From: Azolla caroliniana
Taxonomy: Eukaryota; Plantae; Polypodiophyta
Assembly (NCBI GenBank): GCA_043228905.1
Contig: JBHGNT010000022.1
Coordinates: forward strand, 10,354,001 to 10,418,000
DNA length: 64,000 bases
Direction: 5' to 3'
In this document: positions 39,301 through 49,075 of the stretch, piece after piece
Layout: each line of letters starts with the position of its first letter
How positions within the stretch are numbered: the first letter of the stretch is position 1
Notes under the pieces: model-generated
Databases searched by the model: none
What the model was told of the DNA's origin: nothing
The model's input: the letters and a program-made list of their open reading frames with translations, nothing else
Position numbers and translations under genes: made by a program

Positions 39301-39523
39301 GATATCGTAAAATGATACCTCTTCCTCCTGATTTTCATCCGACTGACTATCAGTTAAATCGGGAAGTGCAGACCACCTTCTACTTGTTTCTTGCTGTAAC
39401 TCAACAACTGAATCTTTTTCTAGTTTCTTCGTAATCGAATGTGTACGAGGACGTTTACAATCGATTGGTGTATCTGGACCAGACGACATCCATTCGACTT
39501 GTTCTTTGCTAACTGCAGATGTA

Positions 39524-39536
39524 ACCAGGCGTGCCA
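39524..39536 (-). other. PBS of C (tRNA-Arg-like)
   Basis: TGGCACGCCTGGT, 11 nt inside the 5' LTR. Confidence 0.78.
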
Positions 39537-39547
39537 AAATTATACTG

Positions 39548-39955
39548 TGTTGTTCGGTCGACAACAACTCTGGTCGACACAGTATAAGTCGAATGTTGCT
39601 CATTGAACGTTCTACCAATGAATTGTGGTTAGACGAATAGATACTAAAATGACTGTAAACTTTTCGATGTTAAATAGACATAGAGATTTCCTAAACTAAC
39701 TTTATATTACTAAATAAAACGATAGCTCTTTACACTACCTTCGGTTCCTTTTATAGGCAACTATAAGGACTTTCTCATCAAGAAAACATACAGCCAAAAA
39801 TGGCAAGAACTACAAAATCACTAACTATAATTTCGGTTTTAATTTAATTCGGCCAAATGTTGACTCATCGATCCTCTATACCAATCTGACCCCGACTCCG
39901 ACTCCAAACCTTCTACATTTCTGATTTCGACGCTTCCCCACTTGTCCGGGTAACA
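39548..39955 (-). repeat. 5' LTR of C
   Basis: Direct repeat of 4443-4921, followed by TSD AGGAG. Confidence 0.93.
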
Positions 39956-39960
39956 AGGAG

Positions 39961-41478
39961 GCTCCCGATACTTCATCACCTTTGTAGATGATTGTACACG
40001 GAAAGTCTGGGCCTATTCCATCAGATTGAAAGATGACGCGGTCAAGGTCTTAACTTGCCGGATAACTGAAGTGGAGAACTGGTCAGGATACAGAGTGAAG
40101 ACACTTTGATCCGACAATGGTGGATAATACACCTCCCGAGCCTTCAAACAGTACATGTCAGACAAAGAGATCCGGCATCAAAAGACTGTTCCATACACAC
40201 CCATGCAGAATGGAGTGGTAGAATGGATAAACCGAACGATCCAGGAGAGGGTGACGACAATGCTCCAACGAGCCGGACTGAAGCTTGAGTTTTGGGCCGA
40301 AGCATTGTTGTCGACAGTATATTTGATCAACTTGTCGCCGTCGAAAGCAATCCGGCACTAGGGTCAGGCAAACAACCGACCTACGATAGGCTCCGGATAT
40401 TCGGGTGTGTAGCCTACACATTCATCCCTAGGGAGAAGAGGACCAAGTTCACACCCCATGCAAAAAAATGCATATTTCTCGGTTATGGAATCGATGGGGA
40501 ATTCGGCTATAAGCTATGGGACCTAGAGAACCAGAAATTGATCTGGAGTAGTGATGTAGTCTTCAATGAAGACTCTATTCTCTCTACTACGAACCAACAG
40601 AAAATAGCTAGTAAGAAGGTCTCCTTCAAAGTCGATAGTGACATCGTAGAAAGACCGACCCACCGGGCCGACTCAGAGATTCAACAAACAATTGAACTCG
40701 ACTAAGCCGACAACACACCTGCCGAATCCGAATCGGTAGGAGGTTGACTAATCGAACTCAAAGACAAAGACAAATCGATAAGAGTAAAAAAAGGCAAAGT
40801 CAACAAGGTGTGTGCCGGAAATGGTACAGCCGATCCGTCGGACACACCCAAGGCCAAAGGGAACAATTCATCCAAGTCGACTAAATCTTCTACCGCCTAG
40901 TCAACTGATCCCGAAGAAGAGGAGGATGCCATGACATCACTGAAATCCTACTACAGGGATGAGTCATCTAACAGGACTCCTGAAGACGGTTTAAATAATA
41001 CCGATCAGCCGGTTGAGCCAACTGAAGAGTTCGAACCAAAAAAATCGGCACTCAGGAGATCCAGATGAGTCAGAAGGCCTATAGAGTTTTATCAACTGGG
41101 CCTTGACTACATCAACTACATGGATGCAGGCGAACTAAGAACTTATGAAGAAGCTATAGTTGCACCGGACGCCGATACATGGCTACAAGCCATGCAATAT
41201 GAGATGGACTCGATTCCACCTAATCAAACATGGGAGTTGGTTGAACTATCATCATGAGGATAGAGCAAAATCGGATGACAAAGACTCTTTGACTCTTGAG
41301 TCTGATTATATTTGGAAGGTGTTTAATGGCTTCAATATGGTGAACGTGAAGCCAACACCAACACCACTTTTGACGTTGATCCAACTATTGAACAAAGACT
41401 CTCATTCAAGAGACGAGGAGGAAGAGCTTAATGGAAAGATACCCTATGCATCGGTCATAGGAAGCATCATGTACGCAA
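39961..41478 (+). pseudogene. Copia A integrase core and deleted RT remnant
   Basis: TVPYTPMQNGVVE, LRIFGCVAY, KCIFLGYG, IPYASVIGSIMYAM. Confidence 0.9.
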
Positions 41479-42850
41479 TGTTACTCTTTGGGCCGGACTA
41501 GCCACTAACAGAGGGTGTCCTTCCGGATCACTTCACCAAAGGAGTGGTTGTGGTAAGGATTTCCGACTCCGATAGGCTTTAACTAGTTAACGTCCAGTGT
41601 GGATCCGGTTCACAACACACAGTGTTACACGCGTAAGATCAATACATTAAACACAAGACGGAATAAAGATCAGTTAGACAATAATAACATGCTCCTATAT
41701 TAATGTTCCGTCATTCATACAATGATATCCAGATCCTTTTATAAGCATCCGGTCTATGCTACAAAACGGTGCCTAGCCAGCAACTAGCTATGAATCGGTC
41801 CAGATCCGAATCGGCGTACCTCTTCCAGATCCGTCCATTCCTAACATAATTCTTAGTTATTTAATTATATTTCTAGGAACTAGTTCGCCTCTTCCTCCTT
41901 CCATACTTGGCCGCCACTAGCCAACCTATGGCACGCCCGTGGGATAGTACATTGTACATGGAACCCACTATTCTTCATCAAGTATGTCCAGAATGATCTG
42001 GTCAAGAGGTTCGAGGGGTTCCTCGCTTTGCCGCTCTTGCTCTGGCTCCTGCTGTTGTGGCTGCTGTGACTCTTGCTCTTGTTGTTGTTGCCTTCCTACT
42101 CCGGTAGTTGCGTCTTCTCCGTCCCTCTCACCTTCGCTCTTTCTGCTTTTGCCTACTCCCGTTCGACTTCTGCTAGCTATTCCGGTACGGTCTCTCCCGG
42201 TTGATACATTCTAGCTTCATCCGACTGTATTCCTCCAACTCCGGCTAGATTCAATGGCTACTCCGGAGATTTCTCTCCATCAATTATGTTGATCGCGGCC
42301 ATCCTTCGTGACGCCTCCTCTGTCTATGCTCCCATTCGAATTGCTTCGAGCTGGTCATTATCTAACTGTTCTACTAGCCGTCTTACGGCCGCTAGTTGTG
42401 CTCTTGCTAGGGACAAAAAATTGTCTGACAACTCTTTCCAGATGGTTACAATACTCTCCGCATCCATCTTATAGAAGTTGTCACCATCCTTTCTCTGGTT
42501 CTTAGCATCCCCTTGCAGAGTCTGTAATTCTGCCGCCTGTTGTGCCCATTTCGACCACCATTGCATTGAGCTTGCATCATTCATTCTCTTTGTGCTTGCT
42601 TTCCATGTTAGCAAAATGTCGCACATTCAGTTGAGCCCCATCTTGGATTTGTCCTCCGCGTCCTGCTTTTCCTCCTTTAATTTCTTTATCAGAGCTGCGG
42701 TTGCCTGTGTTTGCACCCCATATTCCAACAATTGAGTTTGATAAGTTCTTTGAACCCTATTCAGAGCCAATTTTGCTTGTTCCATCTCTTCATAGTGTTG
42801 TCGGGTGAGCATCGTCCTTTCCCTTGTCGCTTCCTCTATCAGCTTTGGCG
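41479..42850 (-). mobile_element. Element G: 3' end of a third OTA-like family (3' LTR ~41479-41926, tRNA mimic, extra-ORF C-terminus)
   Basis: TGTTAC start, minus-strand TATA near 41740; WWSKWAQQAAELQTL...KDGDNFYKM homologous to C and E extra ORFs. Confidence 0.8.
41927..41968 (-). other. tRNA-3'-half mimic at the PPT position of G
   Basis: Sense strand GTGGG ttccat gtac aat gtac tat CCCAC GGGCGTGCCA ta|LTR. Confidence 0.8.
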
Positions 42851-45800
42851 ACTTATATAGATGCCCCCATGCATATGTGCATGTGAGGGTGTAAGACATG
42901 CATACAATGCATGAAATGCATGCGATGCATGACTGCCATTTGGCGCTCATGCATCACATGTGATGCATGATGACCATGTACCTCATCCAAGCTCTCATGT
43001 ATGAGCATTCACATATGAAAAACATAAGGATGATCTAAAGAAATTACTTAGCCTAATCGTCTGTTATCTTCTATCTTGGAGGTGCAAGGTTCAATACTTG
43101 CACCCCTTCGTATGCTTGAAAATAGACTTTAGGTGTACTCATTACATTTATATTTACAACATGTTAACGTATGAGTGTAAACATTACCCTTTTCATTTGT
43201 GTGCACATTACACCTTCTCGATTCCACGCGATTTTCACACTGTTGCCGAAAATCTTCACGACACCGTGTGTCCGTCCTGACCGAGCCGTGCGCCTTTCTC
43301 TATGCGCACAAGTCTCGACCGTGTCGTGTACACGTCCGCACACACGCGCGTCCCAACCAAGCTATGACCAAAATTCGTGTGCACATTACACCTTCTCGAT
43401 TCCACGTGATTTTCACACCGTTGCCAAAAATCTTCACGACACCATGTGTCCGTCCGGACTGAGCCGTGCGCACAAGTCCCGACCGCGCCGTGTACGAAAT
43501 CCGCACACACACGCGTCCTGACCAAGCCGTGACTCAAAATAATCTAAGCCATTCATCCACACAATTTAGCCCAAGTCACCTTGAACATTCTATACTCCAC
43601 ACATAAACATAAAATAATATGATCTGGCTCTCCTTATATATTATGGGGTCCAATTTTGTCCTATCTATGTGGGATATCTCATAGTTTTGTTTTCTGAATC
43701 TTCTCAAAACTTCACACTCACATAACTTGATACTTGTTTATTCGTTTCATATGTAGTAAAATGCGTTATGAAGCTCTTGAAGACATCTACCTTTTCATAT
43801 TTATCCATTAAGCTAATTTTAAATAATTATTTTACTAGTTTTCTTATCGTGTGTGAAAAACCACATGACATTCATCCCCACCAAACCTCCACGTCCACCG
43901 GTATGTGCCAATTTTGGTGAGGCTCCTCTTTTGATTACTCTACTTCATCGATGTTTCTTCTTTATACCCGAACCGCCATGATTGCCATCCAATCCACCAT
44001 ACTCTTTGCTCACTCTTCGCATTTCTGTGGCTGGTTGCCATGGCTCCCTTTTCTCTTGTAGAGCATAATGCTTCATGCTTTGTGCATGTGCCACCTTCTT
44101 CTCGACCATCCCCTTGGTCATCTAACTTTCTTTTATCATCCTTTCTTGTTCCATGCATGCCTTTCAAAGGCCTTATCGAAATACTATTGTTGAGTAATCT
44201 TAGTGGTCCATTCTTCAACTGCATGCTCACCTCGAGGTCCTTAAGTGAACACATTTCATGCTTCTCACTTTTTCTACTTTCGTGGTATACTCTCGTGTTG
44301 GAGTTGATCATGACTCCATGCTAGTGTCATCCTTGTTAGATTTTGTGATTACATCTTTTGGATCCATTTGGCTCACTTGGCCTTGTCTTCCCTTATCGTG
44401 CTTCATTTGGTCTCTTCATCGTACATTCCAGCTTCCTCTTTTGCGTCCTTGTAGCCACTTTCTGTCTCTTCGATCTCACATTGGCTCTCGGATACAACTA
44501 CTGAAGTCTCTAGAACAAGTGTGGAGGAATCCTCTCCATGGTCCTTGCTCACTCTTGCCATCTTCGGGTTGATGTCATTGTTTGTATTGTCTTGGTCCTT
44601 CTCTTCCTCTTCGCCACCATCTATCTCTTGGGTCTCACGTTGGTTCCCAAATGCAACTGCCCAAGTCTCTAGAACATCTATGAAGGAATTATTATCTTGA
44701 TCATTGTTTTCCTTTGTCGTTTTTCCATAGTCATCTCCTTGACTATCTCTTTGTCGCACACATCGACTTTCGTCATTCTGCTTTGCTTTACTTCCTTGTT
44801 GCACACACTTGCTTCAACCCTTGATTCCTTGCCGTCACCGTCCTTCTCTTGGGTCTTACATTGGTTAATGCCCAAGTCTCTCAAAAAAGTGTGGAGGGAT
44901 TTATACAATTTTGTAGTTTGTCATTGACTTTGTCATGCTACCCTTAGCCACTTCCACCTTATGGTTGTTCGCATTGGCTTTGATCTTTGCTTCCTAACCG
45001 CCACCTTCTGTCTCTTGGTTCTTATATCGGTTAATGCCCAAGTCTCAAGAACTTTTGTTGGGAAAGTCTCTTCATGATGTCGTTTACTCTCTTCGACTTG
45101 ACGTCTCCCTCTTCTTCGCATGTGTTAGCTTCGGCCTTCACTTCCTCACCGCCACCTTCCGTCTCTTCGGTCTCACGTTTCCTTTCCGACGCAACTGCCC
45201 AAGTCTTTGGAACAAGTGTGGAGAAAGTCGCAACTGCCCAAGTCTTTGGAACAAGTGTGGAGAAAGTCTTCACACAGGCATCCGCCATTGACTTGTCCAT
45301 AGCCACCTCTGACTCGATGTCATTTTTCATGGCGATCTCCTCGATCATGTCAGCCTCACACTTTTTATCTCCCTTGAGCATGCAAGCTTTGATCATGCTT
45401 GCACCTTCATCACATGATGTTTCAGACACGATGCGTGTTCCAAAACATTTGTCCTCACTTGAAGTGGCATTCACCACCCTCGATTCATTGGTTTCATTCT
45501 TCATCATTGTTTCTTTGCAAGACAAGAAGGCATATTGTTCCACACCTTCTCCTGTGGTGCTATCGTACCGAACTTGGGCCTTCGTATTGGTCGTATCATT
45601 ACTCCACCTTTGTTGGGAGGTCTCTTCTTCCTTGATAACCATTTTAATCGGTTTTGGTTCCATTATAAGATTCTCTTTGGCCTCGACTTGCACCTTTAAA
45701 TTCTCATATGCCTCGTTTATGAAGGCCTTTATGTCGAGTACCATCAAACCTTCCCTCTCCAAGCTCTCTTCTTTAGGTGGGTAGTTTGTAGTTGCTTCTT

Positions 45801-47057
45801 GTCCCCCTTTCACCATCCGTCGTGGGTTGTGTTGTTGTCGATGAGAATCTTGTCTTCCTCTTATCGTGTAGTTGACATTCTCTTTCCACTTTCATCCAAT
45901 CCTCGGTGAGGCCATTTGCACCATCGTCATCCTCAAGTCGGATTCCAATGACCTTCCTTTCCTTCAGATCTGTTGATTTCACAAACACTAGGCCTTTATC
46001 CACCCCCACCAATCTTTGATCCCGCTTCGAGAGTTGTGTAAAGAGACACTTGAACTCAACGAAAGCATGCATGGCACTCTGGTGGGTCTTCATAGATGAC
46101 ACCTATTGGTTGAACTTGTATAGACTTTGTCCCTCCGCCTTTTTATAACCAATTTTGTCGATTAAAGTCTTCCGATCTCTTGCCTTCAATATTATTTCCA
46201 TGATGGACACCATGCCTTTCGTCGAATCCTCTCTTTGAGTTCCACTTGTCAAAGCCATCGTCGCACTTGATATCCTCCCTACTGCCTCGTCATGTCAGGT
46301 TCACCACTTAATTATGTCGTGAAAATCTGTCACTATGTGCGAATCGTGAGTCGAAACTGCCGGGGTTATGGACTGGAAGGAATTGGTGCTCACACGTCTA
46401 ACACAAGCAAGATTTACACATGAGGCAAACAGGTAAAAGAAAATATTCATTTATTGCAAAAGAAAATAGATTCTTTTATATTATAAGAATCATGTTACAA
46501 CGGGTAGCATATGAATATGAAATATCATTCTTGAAAGAAAGGAGCCAACCTCCATATAAGGAGTGGTCCGATATGAATATGAGAGATCGTTTTTTTTTAA
46601 GAAATTGGAGAAGAAGAAGAGGAGAAGACTAGAGAAAAAGAAGGGAGTGGAATATATATGGAGTTCTCCTTTAATCATGCCCCCCGATGTTCCTTTTTAT
46701 GCCCACTTTTAGTTGCATGGCTTTTACTTTTAGTTGCATGGCTTCTACTAATAGTTGCATGCGTTCATTTTTAGTTGCATGGCCTTTACTTTTAGTTGCA
46801 TGGCCTTTACTTTTAGTTGCCTGCAATCGTCCATATAATTAGGCCACATGATCAAATCACCCATAAAGTTCATCCCGTGTATGATTCGTTCTTGTGTCCC
46901 AACCGACCTATAGATGCGTCTGTGCATGCGTGTATCTCGAGCGAGCCATGCGTTGTCTCCGTGCGTGCAAGTCTTGACCGTGTTGTGTACGCATCCGTGC
47001 ACGCGACCGTACGCAAAATATGGCCGTAGCAGTTTGTAAACCGAGAGGCCGTTAGAA
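42851..47057 (-). mobile_element. Non-autonomous tRNA-Trp element J: partial LTRs, degenerate gag, acidic repeat-rich ORF, no pol
   Basis: LTR edge at 46315, PBS TGGTGAACCTGACATG 46306-46291, gag-like LVFVKSTDLKER...GLTEDW similar to D gag, PPT GGTGGGGATGAA before LTR start at 43870. Confidence 0.7.
43195..43530. repeat. Two ~180-bp tandem repeats inside the J LTR
   Basis: GTGCACATTACACCTTCTCGATTCCACG...CACACACGCGTCC at ~43200 and ~43378. Confidence 0.85.
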
Positions 47058-48850
47058 TGTTATTCCTCATAAGGAATAATTTTGGGAGTAAGTGTAGGAT
47101 GCTCATTTATGAGCGGTCAAGTACTGTAAGTACTTGTGTCAGCCCAATAGTCAGGGATTGTATAAAAGGTGCTCACTGAACACGAAGTATGTACAGAGAA
47201 CATATAAAGAATTATTTTTTAATATAGTTTCGTTTTCTGCTCTCTCTCTATCTCTCCCTCTCTTTCTTTGTGATTGCTGCATTCTACTGAACTGTCGTAC
47301 TTCCGAACCGTGTACTTTGTGTCTTTTGCATACGCTTCCGCACACGTATTCCTTTACATGGTATCAGAGCGCGAGGGTTGAGACTCCTTTGCAGCCGACA
47401 AAAAAGCTTGCGATAAAGATAGAATTAAGTTATTGTTTTTCGGAAAGGATAAGACATGAATATGGACAGAGGAATGGGAAGCTCGCTATCGACTTAGAAG
47501 CTTGAAGGAGCAATTACGCATCTTGGTCGTACAAGATGCACCAGTACCTGCTTGGACATGGTTCCTGGATTTATGTCGAAGGAGCTAATGATACATCACC
47601 CGAATTGACACACTGAGATTTTTTGGCTTGGGATCAAGCGGCAAGCTGAGTTCTTTACTGCTTTGCGTCTTGTGTGAGCGACCAGCTCTTGAGGTACATT
47701 CGGGATGGTAAGACACCAAAGGACGCGTGGGCAAATCTCAAGAGTATTTTCACCGCTACCACAATGGTCAGGCAGCTGTTGCTCAGGCAAGAGCTCAACA
47801 ATGTCTGATAGAAAGATCTGTCTGTGGCCGATTACACGGCCCGAAACAAGAAGATCTACGACTTTCTCGCCTCTATCAACGTGAATGTCAAGGAGGATGA
47901 AATGGTGCATGTTTTTCTTGGAGGGTTAGTGTTAAAGTTCGGAGCATTCCGAACGGCAGTCTGTGCGAGGGAGAATATGCCTTCGTTCTTTGAGCTTCAA
48001 TCGATGTTGCTTGTGGAGAAAAATCACGCGGGTGTGTCGAAGAGTATGCACACCGACAACAAGATGCTATACACAGAGGAAGAAAGTCCCCGTCGTCGTG
48101 GCGCATGAGGCAGATCGGTGCGCAATGGAGGCAACCCAAAAGAGTAGAACGTGCAGCATAATTGAAATGCCGGAAGCAATTTCGAACCCTCCGAAAGTAG
48201 GGGGAGTCTTAGCGGCATCGGAAGTCGGCAAGAGAAGGCCACGACGGAATGTTGGTACTATGGCAATAAAGGCCACAGGGAGAGCGAGTGTTAGAAAAAG
48301 AGAGCCGATTCGGACAAAGTCGGATCGAGCGGAAGAGACGTAGAGAGGCGTCAGAGGTCGCATTACGTTGAGGGCTCCGAACGGGCCGGAAATGGATCGG
48401 GCCCAGCCTTCATAATGACACACAAGGCCAATTTGATGGCCATGAACATCTCGAAATCAAGCGAGGTGTGGTATGTTAATTTCGGAGTGTCAAATCATAT
48501 GACAAGTCATGCGGAATGGTTCTTGTACTTGGGGAAACTGGAAAAGCAAGGAGTGGTCGAAACGGGAGACGACACTCCGCATACCATCGAACATGTTGGA
48601 GAAGTTTCCCTTAGCCACATCAGGGAGAAAGGGAAACTCATGAATGTGCTACATGTCTCAAAAATAACCAAGAACCTGGTGTTGGTTGGTCAGATCGTCT
48701 ACCAGGGGGTGCAAGTTTGATTCACGCACCTCGAGTGCTACATCCAATAGGAAGGCCAAGTTATCGTGCGAGGGCACCATGAAGGGAGGATGTTCATCCT
48801 CGACACCAATCAATTCGGAAGCACGCTATTCGCGAAAGGACAGAAGGTCG
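47058..48850 (+). mobile_element. Copia K (H family), partial LTR, PBS-Met, gag-PR, truncated
   Basis: LTR end 47358, TGGTATCAGAGC 47359-47370, protein homologous to 10970-12410(-). Confidence 0.9.
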
Positions 48851-49075
48851 CCATACTACGTAACTGTGTTTTGCCTAGCTCCAACGGTTGTTGTAGCCGT
48901 ATTTGCTTAGATTTGCCCTCTGGTAGCCGGGCTCGTACTTGAATCCGCAGATTGGGTAGTTGGAATTTGACTAGCATCATGGCCTCCAGCCCAAATGCTA
49001 GCCTGAAAGGCGTTGATTGTATGCTGGTCTTATAACTGGTACGGTATGCCCATAACGTGTTGTGCAATTTGGTCG
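48851..49075 (-). pseudogene. Isolated integrase C-terminal fragment of the E/F family
   Basis: [25 protein letters not shown]. Confidence 0.85.

Larger units (their letters stand above)
4443..39955 (-). mobile_element. Ty3/gypsy non-chromovirus (OTA/Athila-Tat-like) element C with extra 3' ORF, hosting ~27 kb of nested insertions
   Basis: LTR pair 4443-4921 / 39548-39955, perfect TSD AGGAG (4438-4442/39956-39960); motifs FLDGFSGYNQV, FVDASDIAIG, KWGLD, CTKWVEAK. Confidence 0.92.
271..41478 (+). mobile_element. Ty1/copia LTR retrotransposon A (Tnt1-like), degenerate, 3'-truncated, interrupted by B and C
   Basis: 5' LTR 271-810, PBS-Met, gag at 895; integrase reads ...SLGG|SRYFITFVDDCTRKVW across the C insertion (4442/39961); RT remnant YASVIGSIMYAM ends at 41478. 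Confidence 0.85.

Noticed and set aside
45074-45784. 236-aa Ser-rich plus-strand ORF
   Set aside because: It is the antisense shadow of the acidic J ORF and has no independent motifs.
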